DNA of 64,000 bases from Octopus bimaculoides (lineage: Eukaryota): positions 129,558,597 through 129,622,596 of the forward strand of contig NC_068982.1 of assembly GCF_001194135.2 (NCBI RefSeq). The letters run 5' to 3'. Shown here piece by piece: positions 10,400-22,922 of this stretch. The position numbers were made by a program, and so were the translations under genes. How positions within the stretch are numbered: position 1 is the stretch's first letter; the number at the start of each line of letters is the position of its first letter. Under the pieces are notes generated by a model, which saw only the letters and a list, made by a program, of their open reading frames with translations, was not told the DNA's origin and made no database searches.

Positions 10400-12760
10400 T
10401 TTTAACCAAGTAAACAACGGAAACCAAAATTTGGTTAACACGACCTTAGAATCGTTTACCACTTTAGCATCAGTCTTCAGTTTGCCTAAAATATTTCGTT
10501 GCCAAAATGAACAGTGCACTTAGTTACTTTAAATATTTAGAACAACTTGAAAAAAATCGACGATGATAGTTCCTTCCTCTTATTTACGATTCAAATAAGC
10601 GCGTTTGTCTTGACAATTTTTAAGCAAGCTTGCCGAGGTATCAAAAACAAAGTTCTCACTTGCAACTTTCGCTCCAGACTTTTCAGAATGTTAACTTTGA
10701 ATATCGAAATGCTAAGATTAAACACCTTAATATTTACGTTTCTTTTTAGATAAGAATATTACCTAAAACGTGTTAATGTCTCCGGATTCGGTAAATTTTT
10801 ACCACCTCACCCCTACGCACGTGTTAATAGTTGAACATCATTGGATGTATGTCTTTATATATTGATTATTAAACAAAACGGTAAAAATTTACCAACAAAA
10901 CTGACCCAAAACGATTGCATGTGACCCACGAGCCAACGTAAGAGCTTATATGTGTTCGCTCGACCTGCAATATACAACAAAATCTATCAAATTATAGTTA
11001 CCGTCTTCAAAGAGGGGAAAAATTAATGCTTCTGGATACACTGTGCATGAGAAAGGGGGCAGGATGATCACAGCTGAAACGCTTCCGCTCATAAGTTTGC
11101 AGGATTAGAGCTTTTCTTGAGTTAATTAACAACGAAGATTTAAGAGAACTTGTTATATCAACACATTCGAGAACAAAATATTATCAAATAGTCTATAAAG
11201 CAGTCCCTACACACAGTATCTCATGTTTTAAAATTCGAAATGTCTGTTTACTGTTTAAAATTTTAAGGTAAATGAAGAAATTGAAATAGTATAAAAGAAG
11301 AGGAGAAAATAAAAGAAGAGATTGTTTGTAGATAGGCAATATTAGCAGTGGAATTATATATAGAAAAATATGACCCATTCTATGGCAAAGGAGAAACATT
11401 TAGCACACGGATGAAACAAAAACAGTGATATTTCATGTAATCGATTAATTTCATAATTAATAATAAAGTTTAAAATTAAAAACATTGATGCGACTTACGA
11501 TGTGAAATGTGATAAAACTATGCAAGCAGAGCTAGCATACTGGTTTACGAAACTAAGGTTTTAGCTTTGTAAGAAACCAAATAAATTTACGAAAATGTTT
11601 CGTCTTTGCGACGAACACGTAGAGAGGAATCGAGCCAACGACAGAGCTTCTACAGCTACGTGGGCGATCAGCCTCGTAGAAATAGCCGCCAATTTATACT
11701 AGTTTTAAAAAAAACCACACGTCAGGATAATCTTTCTTTAAGGATATATATAAATGCTGGGTTGAAAAATGAAGTCAGGAATGTACAAAAATAAACTTGG
11801 CTATCCTGGGTAAACGAAACGAATAATTTACTTTAACGTAAACAACTGGAATGCTTTTAATCATGGTATGACTGGGCAAGAATAATATCGCTGCTTCTAT
11901 TTCATATTCGCTTTTGGTCATGTCTGTTCGCTCAGCGATTGCCTGAGGCTTAACAATAATGTAGAGAATTGATCAGGGCGATCCTTCGGTATTGGTATAC
12001 AGAGTGTCGGTGTGAGAAGACGTCATTCACTCTCTTTTACAGCCTAGTCTCTTTAACTATGTCATGATGTCATGAGGGAAAGATGTTAGGGTGAATGCTA
12101 TTGTTTACCAATACCGAAAGATTGTCGGCTAGATCTGAAATTGACAAGAAGCGCCAAATCTGAAAGTAAATTTTCAGAGTAACACCCGCACGATTTTCAC
12201 TAAGAAAAATCAAAAACTCCGATTTTTTGCGTGGAATCAAGTACCCTGACCTAATATGCTGCAAATCCCTTATTTTGGTTCAGAAAGGATGGGGGTGCGA
12301 AGAGGGAGACTCTCCCGTCCCGGATTCATTGGAAATTGGGCACTATCATGCTATTAGCTGTCAGAAGTGAACGTGCTCACTGCCTGCTAGTGAAGTATCT
12401 GTTTGTCTGCCTGTCTGCCTGCTGGCCTGTCGATTCTTTGTCTACTGACAGCTAATACCATGACTGGCCGGAGCGAGCTATATGTCTGTCTGTCTCTCTC
12501 TCTATCTATCTATCACTCGAAAGTTCGCGCGTCCGCGCTAGCTAGTCGTGAGTAGAAACCCAAATTTAATATAAAAACATATTTCCTGAAATTGCAAATT
12601 ATTTAAAATATAAAAATATAATTTTCAACAGAGAGAATTTATCAAAATAGAAAACAAATGAAGTTTGAAGTTTAAAAATAATAGGATCGACCACTCACGA
12701 CTAGCTAGCGCGGACGCGAGTACCCTTATACTCTGTGTTTTCAAACGCATGGATATAGGT
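10400..12760. promoter_or_regulatory. CpG-enriched region, candidate DBR1 promoter/first exon
   Basis: Visibly more CG dinucleotides than the flanks. Lies upstream of the DBR1 ATG exon, which needs a 5' exon. Candidate minus-strand donor (ttag|gtaata) at 10762. Confidence 0.45.
11946..12155 (+). ncRNA. Structured hairpin with 7SK-like AUUGAUC...CGGCUAGAUCUG motifs (candidate only)
   Basis: 11971-11997 pairs with 12106-12135, and 12024-12033 pairs with 12088-12097. No clear 7SK 5' or 3' end found. Confidence 0.25.
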
Positions 12761-13399
12761 GTCAAATTTGTTCCAATAACTTTNNNNNNNNNNNNNNNNN
12801 NNNNNNNNNNNNNNNNNNNNNNNNNNNNNNNNNNNNNNNNNNNNNNNNNNNNNNNNNNNNNNNNNNNNNNNNNNNNNNNNNNNNNNNNNNNNNNNNNNNN
12901 NNNNNNNNNNNNNNNNNNNNNNNNNNNNNNNNNNNNNNNNNNNNNNNNNNNNNNNNNNNNNNNNNNNNNNNNNNNNNNNNNNNNNNNNNNNNNNNNNNNN
13001 NNNNNNNNNNNNNNNNNNNNNNNNNNNNNNNNNNNNNNNNNNNNNNNNNNNNNNNNNNNNNNNNNNNNNNNNNNNNNNNNNNNNNNNNNNNNNNNNNNNN
13101 NNNNNNNNNNNNNNNNNNNNNNNNNNNNNNNNNNNNNNNNNNNNNNNNNNNNNNNNNNNNNNNNNNNNNNNNNNNNNNNNNNNNNNNNNNNNNNATTAGG
13201 GTTTTGTAGCATATTAGGATGTCACAGGAATTCATTCAACGAAAAAAATAAAATTTCCAATGATTCTGAGACGGGGGGGGGGACTTTCGCCCCTCCCTTT
13301 CCGAACTAAAGTCAGTGATTTGCTGCATATTAGGAGGTCAGGGTACTTGATTCCATGCAAAAAATCCGAGTTTTGCTCTGAAAATTTACCCTGAAATTT
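12156..13399. mobile_element. Foldback-like element with ~150-180-bp diverged inverted arms spanning a gap
   Basis: 12156-12337 is the imperfect reverse complement of 13252-13399. Confidence 0.6.
12526..12775 (+). mobile_element. Helentron-associated (HINE/DINE-1-like) non-autonomous element
   Basis: Perfect 26-bp subterminal inverted repeats (12528-12553 / 12693-12718), a 3' stem-loop at ~12727-12760 and TT flanks. Confidence 0.45.
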
Positions 13400-13667
13400 A
13401 ACATGGACTTATACAAAACCAGTTACTTTCCTATTATCGACAGCCAATTTTTTTTTTTTTTTTTTACTAAAGGATTAGTAAATAAACTATTACACTCAAA
13501 AAATGAATGTAATAGTTGATCAATGGACTTTTGGAATAGCTATCTCTGTCTCATGGAAACGAAAAAGGGCAAGGAACTGGGTGATTGTTTAATATGTTAT
13601 TTACTAATACTTTAGTAAATAAATAAAAATTGGTTTGTACCTTAAAATAAAGTTTAAAAATTATAAT

Positions 13668-13995
13668 CATGTGCCGGTGGCACATGTAAAGACATTCGAC
13701 CGAGTTCGTTGCCAGTGCCGCCGGACTGGCTCCTGTGCAGGTGGCACGTAAAATACACCATTTTGAGCGTGACCGTTGCCAGTACCACCTGACTGGCCTT
13801 TGTGCTGGTGGCATATAAAAGCACCCACTACACTCTCAGAGTGGTTGGCGTTAGGAAGGGCATCCAGCTGTAGAAACTCTGCCAAATCAGATTGGAGCCT
13901 GGTGTAACCATCTGGTTCACCAGTCCTCAGTCAAATCGTCCAACCCATGCTGGCATGGAAAGCGGACATTAAACAATAATGATGATGATGATGAT
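13668..13995 (+). mobile_element. RTE-tailed short element with three ~60-nt modules
   Basis: Tail is close to 1693-1911 and ends in (GAT)n. Confidence 0.88.
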
Positions 13996-14429
13996 TTTGA
14001 GATTGCTGGTGTTCATGCTCTGAGAAAGGCATGAACATCACATAATTTCGTTTTCATTCATCTCCAAATCAGAGACACTTAAATAAGAGCAATATTTTTC
14101 TTTCAGTTGTGGCAAACACTCATGATGATCCAAGTTTGCAATGTGCACCAGATTCTCTAACATCTTTTCTCTTTGCTTTTGCCGTCAGTGTTTTAGAGAA
14201 AGGTATGAACGTCACAACTTCTTATTCTCCTATATGAGGCTTGTTGGGATTTAGTGTGGAAGCTAATGTTTTGCTTTATTACTACTACAATCCATGGGTG
14301 CTGGATCAACAGGAAATCATAGTTTTTGTCATAATGCTGAGTTTGAATTCACCTGCAGCCAAAGCTGCCTACAACAGATCAATATTTTATCAACAGAGAT
14401 ATTTATCTCTCATCCACAAACTATTATGG

Positions 14430-14635
14430 AGCTGTCCGCCTGACTGGCCCTCGTGTTGGTGGCACGTAAAACACCCACTACACTCTGAGTGGTTGGCATT
14501 AGGAAGGGCATCTAGCTGTAGAAACTCTGCCAAATCAGATTGGAGCCTGGTGTCACCTCCTGGTCCACCAGCCCTCAGTCAAATTGTCCAACCCATGCTA
14601 GCATGGAAAGCAGACGTTAAACGATGATGATGATA
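14430..14635 (+). mobile_element. RTE-tailed short element
   Basis: Same tail family. Confidence 0.85.
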
Positions 14636-15427
14636 ATGAGGAGGAGGACCAGTTCTACATTCTCAGCTGACTCTGACTCAGTTTCCATTATCAATTTCTG
14701 TTTTACTTCCATTAAGCAGTGTTGAATTTCATCTCAGTACTGCAAGTTAATGAAACATTTGTCCATAGCTCTCACTGGTTGCTTCTTATGATTTTAGTGG
14801 AATAATCATTTACTGATAAGGTTCAGTAAACTAAAAACAGTGACGTCCCTTCGATCTCTCTTTTACTGAATCTTTTGCTAAAATCTTTGGATATACTCTG
14901 TAGTAAACTTTTGTATGAAAATTAACCACTGCTAGCATGCCGGTAATTTATATGGAGGAAATTATAGCTATAACTTGATACTTGACTATTTAACTTTTAA
15001 ATATCTCACATGAGCCAGTTTCTCTTTCATCTTGCAAGTGTTACATCTCACCTTTTATAAATCTGGTCTCGTGTAGAAGCAAAAAAACGTTTAATTTCAA
15101 TCCATTGAAAAGATATTTAGAATATGATAGAGACAGAATTAATGGGCTTTTTTGGTTGCTAAACAAAGACTGCAAGAGGCTAGATGATAGTCTCCTAGTT
15201 GAGGTGGGTAGAAGCAAAATTTCAAGTTGATTCCAATTTTGCACAGCGTTACTACAGAATCATATGCATAAAATATTTCCAAGTTATATGAGACCAGCCA
15301 GTTATGTCAAGAAGAGATCATTATAGTAACAATACAAAAAACCAAAATAGGAAGAAGCATGTCTGTGGACTGAAGACTGGAATGTATCTGTATGTGACTT
15401 TGTACCTTTCTATGGATGTGGTCTAGC

Positions 15428-15430
<3 letters not shown>

Positions 15431-15498
<68 letters not shown>
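15431..15498. repeat. (TG)n(AG)n compound microsatellite
   Basis: Directly visible. Confidence 0.95.
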
Positions 15499-15501
<3 letters not shown>

Positions 15502-15506
15502 AGCTC

Positions 15507-15950
15507 CCAGATGTAGGAGCTATACTCCTTTATGCATCTAACCTGAGCTTTGTAGGATATCTGCAGTTGTTGGGGACTTAAGTATTTCCTAGCTCTGAAG
15601 AGAAGAGCCAGTTGTTGAGATTTCCTAGCTTTATTAAAGATATGCTTTCACCAGTAGAGATCTTTGGAAATAGTGAGGCCTAGCATTTGGAATAAACATA
15701 AGGGCTCTAGTTCTATTATACTTGTGTTTAGAGGGTTGAGGTTCAATATTTGGAGGATGCTTTCAAGGTGTCTTTTTATGTAGTAAGTGCATGTTTGACA
15801 TGTGGTATTAGGCTTGCATGTGGATGACGCATGGTTGGAAATATTAGGGAAGAATAAAGGGTAGTATCATCTGCAGAAGAGTGAACAATGTTGTATGTGA
15901 CAACAAGGTCATTTATAGATAGAAAGAAGATAGCATGAGAGAAAACAAAA
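15507..15950 (-). mobile_element. Decayed LINE RT fragment (CR1/L2/Jockey-like)
   Basis: Minus strand reads IFFLSINDLVVTYNIVHSSADDTTLYSS, a degenerate YADD region. Confidence 0.75.
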
Positions 15951-16906
15951 TTCTGGTGAATATTTTAACTTACTCCACTACAGAGAAGTTGGAAGTGCTA
16001 TGAAGCATTTCAAACACATCAATAATTCTAGGACAATTCAAGAATTGTGTTGGCATCATTTCAGTTTTCAAGTTCCAGTGATGTATCTTATCACATAACA
16101 ACAACAAGGCCTATTATCATTTTGGTCTGACACCTATAAATAAGTTTATTGGTCCACAACATATCCTTGTATTTACTCTTGCTTATAAATTGATTGATCA
16201 ACAAGAAGCATAAGTTTTTGTTGATGATTTGTTCTCCCACTTATCTCTTTCTGTCTTCCTCTGTGTTCTTCTTTTCATTGTTACCTTATTATAATTTACC
16301 TTGCCAATAGTTGAATTTAAATTGAGCTATAAATCTTACACTGAGTGCACATACACACACACATTCCAATCAATGATTAGAATTATTTACATAGTTGAAT
16401 CTAGATTTCAGAATTAAATGAAAGACCACTTCAAATATTTCACTTTATGACTTTCTTAAATTAAAGTTCTGTTTAATCAAAACTCTGTTTTCTCCTGAGC
16501 CAACAAGTCAACAGACCATCTGTTACACTTTGGCAGCACACATCAACCCTAAGCATTTAAATAAATGATTCTAAGAATTTACTTTGTGATGATTCACATC
16601 AGTTTACCAGATAAAGCCTGTTTCCTTAGACATAATTGGTATTATTGATGATTTATTCCAAGATTATTTGCATCCCCCCCAAAAAAATTTGTGTTATTGG
16701 AAATTGGCTACACAGTTGACATATCAACATTTTTGTCTGACATGTGAAAGACAATAATTTAGAAAGATCTTGTAATTTTTTTTTTTTTATAGGAGAAATA
16801 ATACTACTTAAACATTGAAGAATAAAATATTAAATGACAAATCCTGAAGCTAATTCAAGCTGTCAATTCAATCAACCACAACATATTGAGAATCATTGAA
16901 TAAACT

Positions 16907-17132
16907 TTAATCCTTTAGCATTTAAACCAGCCATGTCTCGCCCAAATATTCTACCTGTTTTATTTTTATACTGACCAGGTTTGGTCTCTCACACCTAACC
17001 TACAATGTCATTCTCAAAATATATAATCACATCATTGACGTCTCAAAGCTACGTGATAATGCATGATTAATTTAAATAATTGTGAATAAATAAGCATTGC
17101 ATTTGACAGTAGTCTGAATGTTGAGGGGTTAA
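16907..17132. mobile_element. piggyBac-type MITE
   Basis: TTAA at both ends and imperfect TIRs (cctttagcatt / aatgttgagggg). Partial copies at ~17330 and ~18490-18606. Confidence 0.7.
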
Positions 17133-17409
17133 TGAAGTCTGTAGATGTGAAATAGGTTAGTAGATAAGATATTTGACAACCTGTCAAATGTTCAAATCTA
17201 ATACGTGTGTTTTATTGTGTAATTTAATACTGCTACAATACACTTCTTATGCTACTTTGTCATTGAATCCAAACTTGGAATTCTATTATAACTGCTTGTG
17301 ATGGCTAGTATAAATCAGTCAATTCTATATTAACCTTTTAGAATTTAGATTAAGCTGTCAAATGTAATGCATGTTTATTCTCATTCATCACTATCATTTA
17401 ATGTCCATT

Positions 17410-17735
17410 GTCCACTTGTGCTGGTGGCACGTGAACAAAACATTCAAGCAAGGTTGTTGCCAGTGCCGCTAGACTGACTCCTGTGCAGGTGGCACGTAAA
17501 AAACACCATTTGAGCGTGGTCAATGCCAGTACCATCAGACTGGCCCTCATGCCGGTGGCACATAAAAGCACCCACTACACTCTCGGAGTAGTTGGTGTTA
17601 GGAAGGGCATCCAGCTGTAGAAACTCTGCCAGATCAGATTGGAGCTGGGTGCAGCCATCTGGTTCACCAGTCCTCAGTCAAATCGTCCAACCCATGCTAG
17701 CATGGAAAGCGGATGTTAAACGATGATGATGATGT
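17410..17735 (+). mobile_element. RTE-tailed short element
   Basis: Same family as 13668. Confidence 0.85.
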
Positions 17736-17736
17736 C

Positions 17737-18408
17737 CATGCTGGCATGGGTTGGATGGTATGATCAGAGCTGGCAAGCTGGGGAGCTGCACCAGACTCCA
17801 GTCTGATTTGGCATGGCTTCTACAGCTGGATGTCTTTCCTAATGCCAACCACTTTATAGAGTGTGCTGGGTGCTTTTTATATGGCATCACATGGGCACTT
17901 TTATGTAGCACCACATAGGCACTTTTACATGGCACTGCATGGGCACTTTTACATGGAACTACATGGATGCTTTTGTGTGGCACTGCCATGAGTGCTTTAC
18001 ACCGCAAGCAGGATCAGTTTTAACACTTCTGCTGCAGAGTACAGATCTTCTTCAGTATGGCCAGATACCAGGTATCTCGGTCCTTTGTCATTTTGCCTGA
18101 AACGGTCAGCTTCCGGAGGTCATTCGTCAGTACTTCATCCCATGTCTTCCTGGATCTCCCACTTTGAGAGATCAGCACTTCTTTATGGAGCTGTCAGCAT
18201 CCATCCACATAGCTTGACCAAACCAGTGCAGTCATTTCTCTTGCACACAGCAATTAAGTTCTCTTATGCCTAACTTCTTTCTCAGAACACTGGTACTCTG
18301 TCAAACATGTACACTTACATTACACATCCAGTGAAGCATACTAACCTCATTCCTTTCTAACCTTCACATGTCCTCTGCATTCGGGGTCCATGTCTCACTA
18401 CCATGTAG
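17737..18408 (-). mobile_element. RTE LINE 3' fragment (ORF end, 24-nt minisatellite, tail)
   Basis: LHGSETW...RLERNEVSMLHWMCNV and GRSRKTWDEVLTNDL peptides on the minus strand. Confidence 0.85.
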
Positions 18409-19084
18409 AATTATTGTCTGTATACATGCACATTGTTTTGAATTAATCATGCATTATCTCATAGCTTCATGATCTCAGTAATATGATTGTTTATTTTTAG
18501 AATGACACAGTATAATAGGTGTAAGAGGTTGAATCTGGCTGGTTTGAACATAAACAAGGTCGAATATTTATTGTTGAATATAACCAGTTTAAATTCTAAA
18601 AAGTTTAAAGTTATCTAGTATAGAGTATCTGCCCTCAATAGGACACCTTTCTTCATCATATAGAAAACCTCTGAACATTGTACATTTTCATGACTTCAGA
18701 TATATGAAAGAAAAGTGTCTCCCGGTTGAAAACTGGCACAGCCATTCTACCAAATTTCCAACATGAAATACAATGTTACAAGTAGTAAATTCTAAATTTG
18801 CAAAAGAAACAGCAAAATGGAATATCAATGGGCATGTCAATCAATTTATAAATATTTTATCAAACATAAAAACTTGACAATTCAATGCAGTCACATATTA
18901 CATTTGTAAAGTGTTGACAAACTTATAAAAGACACATAAAACCAAACACATTTTGAAAGATAAGGCTTTTAATATTGATATATGCAAAATAAATTCCAAT
19001 CAATAAAATATTGTTCAATGGAGCATTATAAACATGTGATTTATAGCTATCTATTTAGTCTATAGGCACACACACAATCATAAC

Positions 19085-19143
19085 ATATATATATATATAT
19101 ATATATGCATGCACATACACAAATATATACATACACACACATG

Positions 19144-19183
<40 letters not shown>

Positions 19184-19290
19184 GTATATATATATATATC
19201 AATATGTCATAGGTATATATATATACACACACATGCATATCTATATATATTTATATGTCATAAGTATACACACACACACACACATACACA
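19085..19290. repeat. (TA)n/(CA)n microsatellite cluster
   Basis: Directly visible. Confidence 0.9.
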
Positions 19291-19311
19291 TACATATATG
19301 CATACATCTAC

Positions 19312-19523
19312 CTTCTACTATAGGTGCAAGGCCTGAAATTTTGGTGGAGGGGTATATAATCGATTACATCAACCTCAGTGCTCAACTGGTACTTATTTAA
19401 TTATCCCCGAAAATATGAAAAGCAAAGTTGACCTCAGTGCAATTTGAACTCAGAATATAAAGATGGATGAAATGTCATTTGGCATTTTGTTCAGTGTGCT
19501 AACGACTCTGCCAGCTTGCTACC
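19312..19523 (+). mobile_element. Nin/Meta-type core SINE copy
   Basis: Similar to 11-207. Confidence 0.8.
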
Positions 19524-20173
19524 TTACATATATTATACATATCATCATCATCTTAATATCTAATTTTCAATATGTATGTATGCATGTATGTATGCATGTA
19601 TGTATACATGTTTGTATGCATGCATGTGTGTGTGCATGTGTGTCTCTGTGTGTGTCTGAAGCATATGTATATGAGTAGCATATTTATGGTGTCATCTGAC
19701 TTCAGACTGACCACCTGACAGAATAAAATATACCCTATAATTTTATTTTTCTATTTTGACATACTTCAGTCATTCCTTTATACATACATATATATNNNNN
19801 NNNNNNNNNNNNNNNNNNNNNNNNNNNNNNNNNNNNNNNNNNNNNNNNNNNNNNNNNNNNNNNNNNNNNNNNNNNNNNNNNNNNNNNNNNNNNNNNNNNN
19901 NNNNNNNNNNNNNNNNNNNNNNNNNNNNNNNNNNNNNNNNNNNNNNNNNNNNNNNNNNNNNNNNNNNNNNNNNNNNNNNNNNNNNNNNNNNNNNNNNNNN
20001 NNNNNNNNNNNNNNNNNNNNNNNNNNNNNNNNNNNNNNNNNNNNNNNNNNNNNNNNNNNNNNNNNNNNNNNNNNNNNNNNNNNNNNNNNNNNNNNNNNNN
20101 NNNNNNNNNNNNNNNNNNNNNNNNNNNNNNNNNNNNNNNNNNNNNNNNNNNNNNNNNNNNNNNNNNNNNNNNN

Positions 20174-20217
<44 letters not shown>

Positions 20218-20242
20218 CATATATGTATATATGTATGTGCAT

Positions 20243-20566
20243 GACTCAGTGGTTAGAGTATCACACTCACAATCATGAGGCAGTGAGTTCAATTCCCAGA
20301 CCAGGCTGTGTGTTGTGTTCTTGAGCAAAATACTTTACTTCACATTGCTCCAGTTCACTCAGCTGTAGAAATGAGTTGCGATGTCACAGGTCCCAAGCTG
20401 TATCAGCCTTTGCCTTTCCCTTGGATAACATTGGTTGCACAGAGAGGGGAGGCTGGTATGCATGGGCAACTGCTGGTCTTCCATAAACAAACTTGTCTGG
20501 ACTTGTTCCTCAGAGGGTAACTTTCTAGGTGCAACCCCACAGTCATTCATGACTGAAGGGGGTCCA
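20243..20566 (+). mobile_element. tRNA-derived SINE of a second family (V/CORE-like central domain)
   Basis: Head TCAGTGGTTAGAG...GAGTTCAATTCC followed by GTGTTCTTGAGCAA..CACTCAGCTGTA. Related heads at ~7705 and ~60600(-). Confidence 0.75.
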
Positions 20567-22081
20567 CTTATGTATGTATGTGTGTGTGGGGGTGTATACA
20601 CATGAATATGTGTATGTGTTTGCAGTTTTATAACACTCCTAACATCCTTACCAACACAAACAAAAATGAACTCTGTATTAAATGAACTTTGATACCAAAT
20701 AAAGAATCTCTTGAAAGCTATTTTTAACCAAAAAAACTCAAAATAGAGTCATGGCTTGTAAACACCTAGTGAAAATTTTCCCTCAAACATCTAATTATTA
20801 AAGTGGAAAAATTACCAGAAAAGCCATTCCCATTCATTTTTTCAAATATATAATACTGTGCCAAAGTCATTCTAGTTCTAATTCTAATGTGGACAGTTGC
20901 ATAAAGAATTACTGATCACTAAAAGTGGATGGAACTTGTGGAAGAGAAAGACATGGAATGGGATATTAAAGGTTGATCTCAAGATGCTGAGCCTTATGAA
21001 GGAGATGACAAAGGACCGAGATACCCCATAATCACCCCCCACATTCATCCCCTAACACCCATCACAGAATAGGTACATACTCCATATCCTATTTTTCTGA
21101 GTTATCTCTCTTCCCTCTACCTAAGACCACTTCCATTTCTCCACTCATCTCCTATCCCCACCAATCACCTCCTTTCTGTGCCTTCTCTCATTAAGCGAGG
21201 TGTTGATGATGTTCTTCATCATTAATCCCTCATTTACCTGCTATCACCCACAGTGCCCTCACATATCTCCCACAACGTCTTCCCCTGAGCCTCTCATATA
21301 TTCCTCTTCATCATTTGTTTGGTTACCTCAATCTTGCCCACTCACCTAGTCCAAGCCTCTGTATCACTTCACCTATTCTCATCACCACCAAAGTCCCTCA
21401 AGGGCATGTCCCAACACATTTTCACCATTGTCTCTCTCTCTCACTCTCTCTCACTACCACCCTCTTTATCTTACTCTCTAACTCACTCCTTTTTTTCCAA
21501 CTGGGGTACCCATGTATCTACTCTACAGCAAGACACCTGTACCTGTCCTTCTATAACTTTAATCTCTCAACTAGCACAAAACCACATCCCTCAATACCAC
21601 TCCCCGCTTCCAGTTGAGGGGGTTTGTACTTGATGACCCTGTCAGTGCTGGTGCCATGTCAAAAGCACTCTGATGGTGCTACGAAAAAAGCACTGGTGCT
21701 GGTGCCGCTTAAAAACACTAGTGCAGCATAAAAATCAGCCAAGTGCACTCCATAAGGTGGTTGGCATTAGGAAGGCATCCAACCATAGAAACCATACCAA
21801 AACACAATGAAACCTGATGCAGCTCTTGGCCTTGCCAGCTCCTATCAAATGATGCAACCCATGCCAGCATGGAAAACAGATGTTAAATGATGATGATGAT
21901 GACGACATATTTATATATATGTAAAAATAACGATAGCCACAAGTTGATATTAAAGTTCCTATGTGCATTTCACCATTATAGTTATTTGTAGCCTGGTGAT
22001 AGCTGTTCCAATTGCATATATGTCAACCACAATGGATCCTCAAGGAACACATTATTATATCAAGTTACAGATGGTAGATGG

Positions 22082-22128
<47 letters not shown>

Positions 22129-22262
22129 TATAAACAAGTAAGCATATAGGTACAAAACCAGGTGGTAAAATTAGCACTTAAACACCAAAAGTAAAGTAAA
22201 ATACTATTTTATTAAAGCTGAAAAAACTTAGGTCATTGTAAAAATATGCTTGCCATCTCATT

Positions 22263-22480
22263 CTTATTTCTTTATTGCCCACAAGGGGCTAAACATAAGG
22301 ACAGATAAAGGGATTAAGTCGATTATGTCGACCCCAGTGCGTAACTGGTACTTAATTCATCGACCCCGAAAAGATGAAAGGCAAAGTCGACCTCAGCAGA
22401 ACTTGAACTCAGAACGCAACGGCAGATGAAACACCGCTAAGCATTTTGCCCGGCACGCTAACGTTTCTGCCAGCTCACTT
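22263..22480 (+). mobile_element. Nin/Meta-type core SINE copy
   Basis: Shared core. Reverse-orientation relative at 29872-30110. Confidence 0.82.
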
Positions 22481-22922
22481 GCCATCTCATTCTGCTGATG
22501 AAATCTTCAGTTTTCTCTATAAGATCTTTAAAGTGCAGTTTATTTGATGGAACTGAAATGCTCTTTATCGAAAGATTCAGCAAGTATAGTTTCATTTTCC
22601 AGCTGTTTTTTCTCCCTTTTGAGGAGAGTCACTCGAACTAACAAAAGGTGCAATATACACATATACAAATATTTACATACACACACATATTTACATACAC
22701 AGGGCCTACCTTGAGATTTTTCCAAACAGGTGTATTGGACACCTGTTTCAGTAGAATACTCTTCACATTCACTGGACCTCTCATCACCCGACATTTTTTT
22801 TTATTGGGTAGGGTGGGGGGAATACTCAAAAGATAAAGTTTGTGGTACAAAAGTGGCATGAGTTGATGGACTGAAGGAAGTCCACATATATATATGCACT
22901 CACTATATATATATATATATAT

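Noticed and set aside
17879-17998. Regularly spaced repeats as a CRISPR-like array
   Set aside because: Tandem units without unique spacers, in a eukaryotic LINE 3' UTR.
19047-19678. ORFs rich in YI/HT/CV repeats (also 24186-25044, 25518-26016, 47813-48105)
   Set aside because: Translations of microsatellites, with no splice or homology support.
22495-22580. CTGATGA cores at 22495, 58004 and 63374 as further hammerheads
   Set aside because: No stem II closed by GAAA with a matching stem I and cleavage triplet.
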